63,941 bases of DNA, filler included, from Rhabdomonas costata (GCA_019059605.1; 51 parts of 51 records of this genome joined end to end with filler, not necessarily neighbours in it); one strand, 5' to 3'. Shown: positions 26,485 through 39,055, numbered from the whole stretch's first letter. Made by a program: numbers and translations. Notes: a model not told the origin generated them from the sequence alone.

Positions 26485-26769
26485 CCCGAGCCCTGGCAGC
26501 AGTGCACCGCGCCAGGGGTGGTGCCCGCGTTCGAGACGTACCTGCGTTTTGGCGCCCCCCATCGCGACCAGATGACCCAGGAACCTCCCCCGCTGTCCGC
26601 CACAGTGGAGTTCCCCGTGTCCGCGGAGGTGGCCGGGAACCACACCGGGGTGTGGGCCCACGTTGTGGTGCACGACTTGGGGGCCCCGGCGCACCCCAGC
26701 CACCCCGAGTTCAAGGAATCCGCGGTGCTGGGAAGGAGCATCCCGCTGATCGTCTACCGCCCAACAAAG
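26485..26769 (+). CDS. CLPTM1-family membrane protein, lumenal exon
   Basis: VEFPVSAEVAGNHTGVWAHVVVHDLGAPAHPSHPEFKESAVLGRSIPLIVYRP parallels the CLPTM1 pattern NGSLYAH.F..SG.P.DP..PEY.......YxP. Confidence 0.65.
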
Positions 26770-27639
26770 GCGCGCGTGCGCTTCTGGAATCTTTCCTTGT
26801 CTTCCTGCAAGGATGGGCTTCCGTTGTTCGGCGTTCCTCTCCCCTTTTTACTTTGCTGATTTGGGGCTGACTTTGCTGCAGGTCTCCCCTGTCGTGTGTT
26901 CTCTCTTGTTCTCGAGCAACCATAGGATGGACGAAGATCCTGGGTCCGCTGTTGCCCCTGGGGTAAAGCAGTTTGCACTTTCCTATTTTCTCTTTGCTGC
27001 TTTTCCTTCTCTAGACCTTTTTTTTATAGCTTTTGTGGCGTTTTTGTGGTGTGGCCTTTGCCTCATCATCGTTGCACCATAAGAGAGTACGACCGAGAAA
27101 AAAGGCATTGGACGCAACACAGTATCAACACTGAAACCAAATAGGTCGTGCCAAGAGCTTCCGTTCCGTTCAGTGATGTGGTGATTGTGTGCTAAGTGTG
27201 GCAAGAAGCGGCGCAAAAGGGACACAAAAGGCGCCACCACAGCCAACCGAGGTGGAAAGGTCAGGAAACCCTGATTCCTAAGGACCGGCTACGCAAAACC
27301 CACGCAAAACACCGCAGGCCTGCTTCTTTGCTTGGCCCTCTCTCATTCATCCGTGGCATATCGTGGAAGTGCTTCTCCAGGTTAAGCTGAACGTTTGACT
27401 TTGTGTGTTATCACACGTTGTGTGGTGAACGGCATGGAATGTTTGTTAGGTTAAGGCGCTGCGGCGGCTCTTGTCCAGCGTGAGCTCAGAAGACACTCTG
27501 GAGCGCGTGGTGGATGACCCCCCCAACNNNNNNNNNNNNNNNNNNNNNNNNNNNNNNNNNNNNNNNNNNNNTTAATTAATTAANNNNNNNNNNNNNNNNN
27601 NNNNNNNNNNNNNNNNNNNNNNNNNNNGAGCGCGGCTGG

Positions 27640-28102
27640 TGAACCCAATGACCCCCCCCCCATTTGCGTTGCATTTATGTCAAACGCATTATTGCTTTTC
27701 GGTGGGGATGACTGGGTTGGGTCGCGCGAAGCGCGGGTTGAGCACATGGTAAACACGTGCAACAACATTAACGCTGAAGTGACATGCACTTATTGGCGTT
27801 GCACATCCCCGGGAACAGAATTTTAGAGGGGGTCAGGTGGCGAAGCAATTACAGGGTGACAGCAAAGTGGGGGGGTCTGGCGGGCGGAGCTCCCAGCACC
27901 TTTCCCAGAGTTAGGTACATTAATTACAGCTCTTGGGGTTTGCTCGGTGGAATCTTTCAGCCTATTACGTCTTGGCTTAATTTATAATGACTATTTTTGC
28001 AACATGTCGACTAAATGTTCATTTTTCTCTCAAACGATCATTTATGTCAGTGCATAAATGCCTAGCATAAATGCAACGCAAATGGGGGGGCTATTGGGTG
28101 CA
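27640..28102. mobile_element. MITE-like element of about 460 bp with terminal inverted repeats and subterminal GCATAAATG repeats
   Basis: 25-bp perfect core cccccccatttgcgttgcatttatg (27655-27679 vs 28066-28090) with imperfect extension on both sides. Confidence 0.55.
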
Positions 28103-31100
28103 GCTGCCGAGGGCAACAATGCTCGTCAGTCATACGCACCCCCTTAGTCATAAACTCTCATTCACTTAATCACTTGCTCATGATCACGTCCAAGTTTGAT
28201 TTTTTCAAGCTGGGGGGGGGGCTTTAGCACCACGAGGAGAAATCGGGGTTTTTATTATTATGGTAAATTGTAATGAAGGGCTTGGGGTGTCAGGGAAGGG
28301 TGAGTTTGGAGTACATTGAATTGGCAAAAAGATGCATTCATACTGCCGCCGCTTGAGGACAGCGTCCTGAATAGAGCCACCCAGCGCAGCAGCGATCTGG
28401 TTCTTGAACTGCTCGCTCACAAGAACCAGCCCGTCTGAGAAAGAGAAAAAGAAAGCACCAGGGTCAAAATGTCTTCACAGTGCACACACGACAGTCCGCG
28501 AACAACAGGAAAGAAAGCACGTGAATTACATCGGTAACACCATCCAAACGAAGTTTCACGAAATGAACTTCCGAAGGCGTTCGATCCATCTTTTCGTGGG
28601 GTTGACGTAAGGATAAGAATGCAGCAGACATCTCGCCACTGCAAAAAGAAAAGAGAAAAACCTGTTGCATCTGCACAGATTGCAGCAACCGCTGCAAGTT
28701 CGTCCCCGTAGTATTCGTCCTGAAATGAGAAAGACCATACTTACTCCACCACTGACAGTCTATTTTCTAATACCCCCCACACNNNNNNNNNNNNNNNNNN
28801 NNNNNNNNNNNNNNNNNNNNNNNNNNTTAATTAATTAANNNNNNNNNNNNNNNNNNNNNNNNNNNNNNNNNNNNNNNNNNNNTGTGGGTGTGCTCATGCA
28901 ATGGTGTAGTGTGGTGTAGTGTTGTTCAACCTTCCCGTTGTGCGCAGGGTGCTGTCAACGGCTTCAAAAACCAGCACCCGCAAGAGCTTCCCTCCCTTCG
29001 GGGAATTGAGAATGCTCAACCGCGGAGAATTCGTTTCGTTTCGTTCGTTTTACGTAGGGTTGGGTTGTGTAGACATCTCCACCGTCTTCACCGGCTTTAC
29101 GGTAGCGCAACGGTCTCCCCAGGCATCGCCCCTATTGTTTATGTGCTCCCACGATCTGGAATTTCAGAAAATTTGAAGTGGATGAAGTGGGCGCGCAACA
29201 CTTCGCCTCTGTTCACTTTAATCAATGATCAAAAACACTTCTTTAGTGGGTGAACCTGGAAAAGTGTGCCTTACCCCCTGCTTCTAAAAGAACCTCTCCA
29301 AGGAGGAACCTGGCGGAGTACACCTAACCCATGCATAACAGCCGGCACTTTAAAACGGCGCTTCTGGTCAGTACACACCAGCCCAGGCTTGCCCCTCTAC
29401 ATACTGGCCTTCAGCTCGGACCCACATTTCGAGCACTTCGAAGGGGGCTCTCGGAGAACCCCATAACCTGCTAGCCACTCTCGGAGCTTTGTTTCGTCAC
29501 TGACATCATAAAGGGTCAACATGAAGCTTTAAAGAAAAAGGTTCACTGCTGAAGGAGTGCCAAATACAACCCCCCTTGGGTGAGGTTCACACTCTCAAGA
29601 GAAGACTTCGTGATAATCAACGATAGCCACCCCACCACTACCACTACCATCACCAAAAAACCTCAATTTGCACTGATTCACCATCAATACTTTACGGTTA
29701 ATGCCTTTCAGTCCCCCCTTCGTCACTTCTTTGTTGCCTTCCATTCTGTGTGGGTGGGTGTTTACGGCCATTGTGGCCGAGTCCCGTGTGTCTGCGTCGT
29801 TTTGATTGATGCCTGTCCTGCCTTTGCTCTGGAGTTGGGGTCGATCACCGACCTTTCGGCCGACCATGGGCAGAAAGAGTATACAGTGTGCAGTTAAGAG
29901 CTTTCCCTTCACTCACTTCCGTGTCCCCCTCCAGCAACTCCCGCTCGTTATGATGAATGGTGGCTCGTTGTGAGCTATGACTGGTGCCGGTCCTCTACCA
30001 GAACCATATTTTTTTTTGCTGTGCGCAACCCAACACCNNNNNNNNNNNNNNNNNNNNNNNNNNNNNNNNNNNNNNNNNNNNTTAATTAATTAANNNNNNN
30101 NNNNNNNNNNNNNNNNNNNNNNNNNNNNNNNNNNNNNTGTGGTGGTGTCCGTTTTGTGAATCCGGGTCCGGGGTTTGCCTGAGAGTCTGGCTCTTGTACT
30201 CGGTTACTTTTCTAGTAAGTAACCTCTAGGTAATGTTAAAAAGAGAGGGCGGTCGTCCCTGCATGAACGGCTCCCAATCTCTGACCCCACAATATCCGTC
30301 CGACGCCGCGGAGGAAACCGACGGCATATTCGCCCAAGTGCAAAACAATGCATCCCCCAGCGGGTATCGTGTGAGGTGGCACACAGGGCACAATAAATCA
30401 GATCACCTCTGAATGCTTATGCAACAGATAGATACAGGACGTTGAGTGAGCGCTACTAAGGGTACAAAAACTTATGCGGCCAACCTTTGGCCAGCACGAC
30501 CAAGTGGAGTGCTCCCAGCGTCCGCCTGGGGCTGCACCCATGGAGCGGGCGGGGTGTGGGAAAAGCGGTACAGACTCACAGAACTTTACAGATGGGACAT
30601 ATTTTTCCCCGATTATGTTTGCGTGGGGATCACAGCCAGCAGTCGGGACGGTGGACAGAAGTACCCAAACGTACGATTCCAGAATCCGATGGGCTGCATC
30701 ACATCCCCATTCTCTTCGAAAGTCAGGTGGCTTTCATCAAATGCGCATTTATACAACTTTATCGTAAGGCAACGACACCGTTTTCATAGGATGGAGTCTT
30801 GAGTGCGAAATCGGGGCAGGAAGTAGAGAATCCCAGACAAAATGAAGCCGCCCCCCTTGCTTCCGCGTCTCACCACATCCGCCGCGAATCCACGTGGCTT
30901 CGCAGCCTTTGGGGATCTGTGAGTGTCCTGTCTACATTTAGAGTCAAGGCGGCCTCCTTACCCAATTCCAGCACTGACCGCTCGATAGTGCATGTAGATT
31001 GAAGCCTGCAAAGCGGGCGAACGAAATAAATCACAAAAGGTGCATCCGCCTTCCACCACCGGTGTGGAGCGTGGCTAAGCGGTATGGGTATATTGGTGTA

Positions 31101-31393
31101 TGGGTATATTGGTATCGGCATTCATCACACCCTGCTAACAGTTTTCTCAGATCACACTTGCGCAATTTCGCATGCCCGTGTCACAATCATAACTCGTCGT
31201 CGAATAAGAGAACGTAATAAAGGAAATGAAACAAACAAATAAGAACGTTCGTAAAGAGAATGAAAGGGCAAGCGATCGATGCACACCACAACCNNNNNNN
31301 NNNNNNNNNNNNNNNNNNNNNNNNNNNNNNNNNNNNNTTAATTAATTAANNNNNNNNNNNNNNNNNNNNNNNNNNNNNNNNNNNNNNNNNNNN

Positions 31394-32468
31394 GACCGCG
31401 GTGGGGGTGCCACAGACGAGGGGGTACCGGGGTAGGCAGGGCTGGGGCATGGCGCGGATGGAGTGCCCGTGGGAGGCGTGGGAGGCATGACATCCCCCAC
31501 CGCGTGCACGGAGGGTTCCATGGAGAGTTGATTGCTACTGCCCGCAACCGCAACCGATTCGGAGGTGCTCGAGGCCTCGCCGGCATGCAAAGAAGACACA
31601 GCCGGGCGGGCGTGCGAGGACACGCTGCTGGAGACCTCCCCGTTTCCTGGGACAGACTCTGCTGTCCGCAGGCATGAGCTCGAAGGACTGCCTTGTTGTC
31701 TCTGCGGCACATGGTCAGCAGTGGAGGGCTCAGCACTGGCTTCTGAGGGGACTCCCAAGGGAGTGGGCCGCCGTATGGCGATAGAGGGCATCAGGGTTGG
31801 AGCATGGGAGGAAGCCGAGGCGGCCGGTGCGGACGGAGCGCCTCCATGACTCTGCTGAGGAGAGGGGGCCTGCGCCCCTTCCCAGGAGGCGCTGGAGAGC
31901 CTCCGCAGGTCGGCCTCCGTGAGTTGCGGGAAGAGGGTCAGCAGCACCGCGCTGCGCCCGCCGAAGCCACCGAAAAAAATCGCCCTTAGCGTAGTGGCTA
32001 CCACAAGCCATACGCGTGTCTCCAAACTGTGGTGGTCACGGTAGTTTAAATCCTGCAATTTCTTTTGGGCGTAAAGAACAGTAAAACCACAACCCTCTGA
32101 CTGACAACGGCTGGAGCTACTCGCCCCCCCAACCCGGAAAAGAAACGTGCAAAAGGTGAATGAGGTTGGGTGGAGTACGTGGAGAAACTACATCATCACA
32201 TGACAGGAACATAAAACCTGGGGCACGGTGACACGCCTCATCTCAAGGCGAACCTGGCTGCACGATAGAAAAAAGCAGATCCCAAACAATTGAGGTCAGG
32301 TAAAGGTAGATAAAAAACGGTGCAGCGGACAAGCAGGGAGCACAGGAGCATTGCGCACGTTAGGTTGCGGCCATAGACGGTGTCCTTCTCCAGGGTGCTC
32401 TCGAACCTTGCGCTGGCGGTGGCGCACTCCTCACTGCAGTAGTCGTTCAGAGCGTCCATCGACTGCAT
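31394..32468 (-). CDS. RPAP2/Rtr1-like protein fragment (exons 32468-32359, 31951-contig start)
   Basis: NDYCSEECATASARFESTL resembles the Rtr1 motif (F/Y)CSxxCxxASxxF; in-phase splice to a Pro/Ser-rich exon. Confidence 0.55.
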
Positions 32469-34205
32469 CTTTCCAAGCACAATTCGGAATTTCCCTGCGC
32501 CAAACCATATAGCAACAGTCGTGCGACTGAAGGGCAGTACAACCACCACNNNNNNNNNNNNNNNNNNNNNNNNNNNNNNNNNNNNNNNNNNNNTTAATTA
32601 ATTAANNNNNNNNNNNNNNNNNNNNNNNNNNNNNNNNNNNNNNNNNNNNGAGCCAGGGGAACGACTCCAGCGAGATTCGACTCCCTGTGGAAGCCTGTGT
32701 CTCCCTCCGATCAAAGACGAGGGGAGAGCAAAAAAAACAATGTACAAAGAACCTGAGCGCAAAGGTGAACAAAAAAGCAGGAGACTTGCCGGTTATATGC
32801 AAATGAAATGCAATTCTTGGGCTGGCAGAGTGGTGATATTGATGGCATTTCTGAAATTGTGGAAGAATGTCTGGCTTATCTCAACAGCGTGCCCAATCAG
32901 GTGCTTGTGGAGGGGAAGGGTAAACAACAAATTCAAGAAATTATCAGCCTGGAACCCATCATCCAATCGAATTGCAGATTCTTAGGTTCTGGGTGCAGGG
33001 GCTGCGGTGATTCGCAACAACGCACCAAGGCTGAAAACCGTCCAAAGAAAGTTTTAAGGAATTATCAGATTTTCAAAAAAGTGGATCCAAAAAACTACGC
33101 AAGCTCGTCAACTTCGCCAGCAGTCTTCACACGTTCCGGCACAAGATGCGCTACACCTCTGCTCAAGACTCTTTTCTTTTTGCATAAAAACTGAGGCTCC
33201 AGGGGTTGGTCAAAAAGGTGGTGATGGTAAGATGTGGTGATGGGCCGTTATTATATTTCATGCCGCAAAGGTAGTTTGGGGGGACGTCGCTGGAAATGCC
33301 AAGTCAAGGCAAGAGTTGAGGATGTTCAACGGAGGTCAGCGGACACAGAAGCTGAGTCCGAGGCACCCCACTTCACAAGGAAATACAGTAGTGCTGCCCA
33401 TTTCCCTGGCCACCTACCCCCACCCCCCAGCACAGCTCTCCCTCCTGCTCTCTCTATCTCGATGCTAAGTCTGCAAATGCGGCGTCAGCGATTTGAGGTT
33501 CTGCGTACGCGCCATAGCACACAGAACACACACACACACACACACACACAGTGGACATACAGTAGCGTTGTCTGTGTGTTTGTGTGTGGGGACACGAGCA
33601 CGCTTTTGCAACACATCTTGAGTTCTCTCTCTGTGTGGAGCCTCTTTTGTATCAGCAGGTGTGAAGAAAAGAGGCAGGGCCACACCCGCACCACCAGACT
33701 TTGGTGATGGGCAGGAGCTCAGATGCAGGCGTGGCAGCTCTCCACGTGCACATGAACTTGCGAGAAAGGCGCTAGGCGCGGCTCACGGACAGCCCCCAAC
33801 CACCCNNNNNNNNNNNNNNNNNNNNNNNNNNNNNNNNNNNNNNNNNNNNTTAATTAATTAANNNNNNNNNNNNNNNNNNNNNNNNNNNNNNNNNNNNNNN
33901 NNNNNTGTTGTTGGTTAATTCTTGCGGAAAACCAGGGTCAGAGGTTAGGAATTGCAGGTGATGAGCCCGGCATGATGGGCGATCTTCAAGAGGTGCAAAG
34001 GAAAAATTCGATTCCGGAAAGTACCAAGTAGCTCTGTGGCATGTCAGGATCGAATTGGCGAAGCAAAGGAAAGTGGATGGAAGGTAGGGAAGGTAGGTGC
34101 GGATGCCAAAAAAAATAAGCGCACACCACGAGGTCCCGAAACGAAACGAAGGGGTTTACAGTGTTCATTTTCGATTGTACCACCTACCATACCACCAAAT
34201 ATGAG

Positions 34206-34287
34206 CCCCAACCCGCTCTAGCTCGAGTTCTAGGTCAATATAAGGTCTCCGGTCCGGTCCGGAAGTGACCATGGCGCATGTCACCCA
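34206..34287. repeat. Dispersed ~80-bp repeat (other copies at 51972-52052 and, weaker and inverted, 53180-53209)
   Basis: Shared ccccaacc..ctcgagttct.aggt.aat..aggtctc.gg...tga.cat.gc...gtcaccca. Confidence 0.65.
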
Positions 34288-34370
34288 ACGAACAGGGCGA
34301 ATACTGCCCCACATTTCCGATTAGGCCCCCGACGAATGGTGAGGCCGCCTGAGAGGCTAGATAGGCTCAC

Positions 34371-35017
34371 CTGGTAGAACCCCGGAACAGCGACGAGAGA
34401 AAGAACTGAACAGCAGGATACAACAAGATACCGAAAAAAACCATGCCCATGGACTGCAAAGAAATTATGTTGATCAGCCAGTGCCACGAGCGCATCCGCG
34501 GAGACAGTTCGGGCACGAAGTGGTGGGTCGTCACCGCCCACTCAAACAGCGGTTCCTCCAGAGTCACAAAAACCACAACAGCGACAACTCCCACCAAGAA
34601 GATCAGCAGCCCCACAAATGCCCGCCGAGTGATGCACACCCAAATCAACGGAGACACAAAGGCATAGTTAGAAATGTAGCCCGCGTTGCGGTATCCCCCA
34701 CATAGGATGCTGAGGCAGGAGATGCCAAAGATCGGCATCGCGGTCACGATCCAGGTTGGGACGACCAGGGAATGGGTCTTGTAGTAGATCACGAACGCCA
34801 CAATGACGGGCTGCGAGCCGGCGAGGAAGTTCGTCAGGGAAGCCCACGGCATCCCGCTGATGAGGTAAAGCACGACGTTCACCATCGGGCCTCCGCACAG
34901 CAGGAAGAGCATGATCACCAGCAGTGCCCGTTTCTGCCGGACAACTTCCTCGGTATCGGCATCTTCAAGACCGATACTTACATATTTGGCAGACAAAGTG
35001 CGGCACGTATCCCACAT
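34371..35017 (-). CDS. Six-TM membrane anchor resembling those of bacterial class III adenylate/guanylate cyclases, first exon
   Basis: SIGLEDADTEEVVRQKRALL...LSILCGGYRNAG....AFVSPL...RRA...WHWLINII; ends at a canonical AG|GTGAG donor. Confidence 0.65.
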
Positions 35018-35208
35018 GGGTGAGTATGAAGAGGGAAGAAAAACTACGTTGACACCCAAAANNNNNNNNNNNNNNNNNNNNNNNNNNNNNNNNNNNNNNN
35101 NNNNNTTAATTAATTAANNNNNNNNNNNNNNNNNNNNNNNNNNNNNNNNNNNNNNNNNNNNTTCGCACCGGTATTTTTTCTCGCGACCGATCCCCCCGTC
35201 CTCCACAG

Positions 35209-35328
35209 GAGTACGTCAGACAAGCCCCCAACGACCCCATTGCGTCGGAGCTGCTGGGGATGTGTGAGAGGGCTTCGGAGGACGATCCCCCTGAATTCTT
35301 GTGGGTGTACGGCTGGGCCCACCCCTAG
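35209..35328 (+). CDS. Terminal exon, TPR-like helix (resembles the tail of class III cyclases)
   Basis: EYVRQAPNDPIASELLGMCERASEDDPPEFLW; polypyrimidine-CAG acceptor and in-frame stop. Confidence 0.35.
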   Translation, partial: EYVRQAPNDPIASELLGMCERASEDDPPEFLWVYGWAHP

Positions 35329-36417
35329 TGTGCGTCTGTGTGTGGTGTCACCCTCTTGCGAACCGGAAGCACATACTCTCCTGACCTCAGAGGGCTGACT
35401 CCTTGGGAGCCGCATACGTTGCGCTCTCCTGAGGGGCTACGCACGATGAGCTGCGCACGCACTCTCCTCTGTACATTGTTGCCTCGCCCCACTCCTTCAC
35501 ACGCTCACACGCACGGAGGAGGTGGGCTTTGTTGCCCCGTTTTTAATTGCATGGCTCGGACTCTTTAGTGCTTTTGAGCAGCATTGTGGTAAACGTGTTG
35601 TGATGTGGCTTCCCGGCGGGCAGGTTGCAGCGACGCACTGCACGGGATCGCGCTCCTGCGGTGCAGCCCTTTGGCTGATGTGCTTGGTTGCCCAGACCAG
35701 ATGCGGGTTTCTGTTCTGGAGTGTGCTGGTGCTGTTCGGTCGTCTCTCTCTGTCTGCACGTGTTGAGGATGCTGAGTATCGCTGTGTGCAGGCTGTACCC
35801 TGTGTGCTGTGCAGTGCCTCATGCGCCCATTTTTCTTTGTGGTGAACCTTGCTCGTGACCTCTGCGGAATCCCTGGTTTTCTTTATTTTTCGCTTCTGAC
35901 AGAAGTGTCAGCCTTCCTTGTCATTATTATCCCTCTTTGATGCTCCCCATGGCTATTCACTGTGCCTGTGCTCTTTGATCCGCAACACCAACTTTCCTTC
36001 TCATTCTGTACCCCGAGACATGCAGCTTGTCAAGTTTTAGGCTTGACGGTCTGTTGGATGTGCTTGCTTTGTTAATTGGTGTATGGGCGAAGCGCGTTTT
36101 TTGTCAAAGTGCTGCACAGTGGTAATTTCTTCACTGTCCTCACAAGGTAATTGTTTCCTGTGCGTAGTTTCCCTAGCCCTGCAATGGACAACCGCGTTCC
36201 TCCCGCACACTCTTTGAATGATTTCGTGTACTGTTCACTTTCGCAGCTTTTGGCAACCAGGAAGGGCGCCCTCTTTTACAATCGTCGAACGCGTTCCATA
36301 TCTCTCTCAACCAACCCNNNNNNNNNNNNNNNNNNNNNNNNNNNNNNNNNNNNNNNNNNNNTTAATTAATTAANNNNNNNNNNNNNNNNNNNNNNNNNNN
36401 NNNNNNNNNNNNNNNNN

Positions 36418-36545
36418 TTTTTGGGCAGCACCCTCTGCAACCCGAAGCCAGAGCCGGGCCGAAGCCGGAAACTCAGCAGAGGGTTTACGGTCCCGCTGCC
36501 CATCAGCTCGCGGTACGCTGCGGCGGTGCTCAGCATTGTACCCAT
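36418..36545 (-). CDS. Possible GNAT-like acetyltransferase fragment
   Basis: AAAYRELMGSGTVNPLLSFRLRPGSGFGLQRVLP resembles the Y......DP.L.F.L..GF....V.P motif. Confidence 0.3.
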
Positions 36546-37430
36546 TTCAGTTTCAATTTGTGTTTTACAACCCTCATGGACGAGCTGAGGGGAGGGAGCC
36601 ATGTGTGTCTGTGCTGTTGATTTAACGACGCGCGCAGTGGAGCACGGATTTGTGCCCACCACAGGCCTGCGTGTTTTTGTTGTTGGTTGTCCGCCTCTCG
36701 TTGGAGGGGGGGGGGCGAGGGCTTCATGACTTTGCCCCATTTTTTTTGCAGGAAAATGGAGGAGCAGGCTCCCCTGTGAATTCTCATGCTGAGGCCGGCA
36801 CGACCCCCACAAGATGCGACGCGTCTCTGCCGCAGGTTTTTTTCTTTCCTTTCTTTCTGTTCTCTTTCCTTGAAAGCCCAAAATGAAAGCCTTGCAGAGA
36901 GCGTATTTCCTAGTGCTCATTGTGCTCAGTGCTCTCCTTCAAATATATGTTTTCCTTCACTCCTCATCTATTCCCCACCTCTCCACCTCTCTTTACCCTC
37001 CCTTTCTCCCGATAGAGTGTTCTGTGTCCTCTGCTGTCAAAAAGGTGCCTCTTGGGCCGTTACCTGGGGAGGTCCCTGCCCCTGCTGGCCCTGTGAGGGG
37101 ACCGTCTTCCCAGCCGCTGGTACGCCATATGCATGCTTGGTGTGGGTTGCTGCAACAGCTTTTCATTTGGGGAAGAAGTGGAGGGGTTGGGTTGGGTGAA
37201 CGGGAGAGGCGGCAGCGATGGGAGAGCCCACCAGGGGGAAAATACTTGAGCCTGTGCTGAAGGACAGCGTTATGCGTGCCTGGTGTGTATGGAAAAGACC
37301 CCGTACCTGCTTCGAGCAGCTCTTCCCATTGCTTCATAATTCCCAATTCTTCCACTCTCCGCTGTTCGGTGTTGTACTTTGCACTTCGAATTGTTCAATA
37401 TTGCTGTACATGGAAATGCTGTTTGTGGTT

Positions 37431-37572
37431 TGTGTGTAAGTTCGCTTGAGCAAAGCATGCAAAGAGTTGTCGTTGACTCAATCCGCGAGTCAAATTTCTT
37501 TCCGAGAGGGATATTTGTGAAGGGGTACAATGTCTGAAGTATGCTTTGCTCAAGCGAACTTACACACACACC
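37431..37572. repeat. 28-bp inverted repeat ending at the contig terminus
   Basis: tgtgtgtaagttcgcttgagcaaagcat / atgctttgctcaagcgaacttacacaca. Confidence 0.9.
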
Positions 37573-37672
37573 NNNNNNNNNNNNNNNNNNNNNNNNNNNN
37601 NNNNNNNNNNNNNNNNTTAATTAATTAANNNNNNNNNNNNNNNNNNNNNNNNNNNNNNNNNNNNNNNNNNNN

Positions 37673-38828
37673 GGTCCGTGGGGTTCATGCTGCGTAGGGT
37701 CATGGTTGTCAGGAGTGTGGTGTTAGCGTCGTTACTGTTAGGTCCGTGGGGTTCAGCGTGTCATGGTCTGAGGGTTCGTGGTGTTATGCGTTGGGTTGTC
37801 GTGCTGTTGGCTGTCGTTGTGTGGGGTTCAGGGCTTCGTGTTGTTGGAGGGTGAGGGTCATGCGTTTGTGTCTCGAAGCGTAGTCTGGGGTTCTGTGCGA
37901 TGTCAAGCTGAGTCTGTGGGTCATGGTGTCACGATGTTGGGTTCTTGGGGCCATGGTTTTACGTCTCACGGTTTCAGGGTCTGTGTGTGTCGAAGGGTCT
38001 GTTGGTTGCTACTGCTGTGTACTACGGTTGTTGTGTTCTTGCTGGGTTCGTGTGACGTTGGGGTTCTTGCGTGTCAGGGTTTCGTGTCAGAGGGTCTGTG
38101 TGTCGGAGTCAGTGGGTTAGCGTGTCAATGTCAAGCTGAGTGTCATGGTGTGTTACGGTGTTGGTGTCAGAGGCTTCGTGGATTCTGGGGTGTGTGTGGA
38201 TTTTGGGACGTAGGGGTTTCTGTCTTCGTGTCTTGAGGTGTCGATGTCCTACGCTTCTACAGTGCTTGTGTGTGTCAGGGTGTCAGAGTGTGTTTCTTGC
38301 CTCTTGGGGTTGAAGGGTCGAAGGTTTCAACGTAGGGGGTATTTCGGGCAATGTCAAGCTGAGTTACAGGATGCATGCTTTCTACCAGCGTTGAGAATGC
38401 ATAGGGGTGTAAAGATGCCTCTATCGCAGATGCCTTTATGCTACTCCTTCTACGCATGGCTCCCTCGCTACGCTCAGACCCATGCTTCGAGACCCAGAGG
38501 CAAGATACCCGATGCATGACATCCTCGACTTGGGAACACTGGGGTTAAAGATGCCTCTAGGTGTAAAAATAATGCCTTGATGTCGGTCGTCACTCACTGC
38601 GTTCGTTCCTCCCTCCTAAATGCGTGGTTCCTTCGCTCCCCACCATAAGGTGGTAACCGGTTCTGTCTCTAAAGGTGGCTCTTGGTGTCAGGGGGTCCAT
38701 GGGTGCAGGAAGATGGGCTTAGGTGCACATCTATCCCGAGGTAATGGAGGTCTGGACCCCTCTACCCCAGGTGGCCTTCTTCTCCACCCACCGGGAGGGT
38801 AGGAGGGTCTTTAGGTGTAACAACCAAC
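37673..38828. repeat. G/T-skewed degenerate tandem repeat with an invariant 14-mer about every 225 bp, followed by a hairpin-rich region
   Basis: ATGTCAAGCTGAGT at 37900, 38128 and 38351; AAAGATGCCTCTA twice. Confidence 0.75.
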
Positions 38829-38928
38829 NNNNNNNNNNNNNNNNNNNNNNNNNNNNNNNNNNNNNNNNNNNNTTAATTAATTAANNNNNNNNNNNNNNNN
38901 NNNNNNNNNNNNNNNNNNNNNNNNNNNN

Positions 38929-39055
38929 TTTTGTGAAGAGATCTGCACACATCGCGAAGCTTCAGCTGTGACCAGGTGGGCAGGCACTCCAGAATATGGA
39001 AAAACGGGAGGTGAGGCAGGCGCTCCAGTCTAGTAGACATGCTCACGGCGGCCAT
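38929..39055 (-). CDS. F-box protein, N-terminus
   Basis: LERLPHLPFFHILECLPTWSQLKLRDVCRSLH fits the F-box consensus. Confidence 0.7.

Noticed and set aside
29488-29516. Minus-strand hammerhead-like TTATGAT-GTC..GAC-GAAAC
   Set aside because: Core G is missing, the stem is only 3 bp, and there is no cleavage triplet context.
28919-29800. Pirin-like gene (FGELRMLN ... EDFV ... THPHR)
   Set aside because: The motif pieces lie on different strands and lack compatible splice sites; probably chance.
33957-33990. Hammerhead-like GTGATGA-GCCC..GGGC-GATC
   Set aside because: Two core substitutions and no stems I or III.
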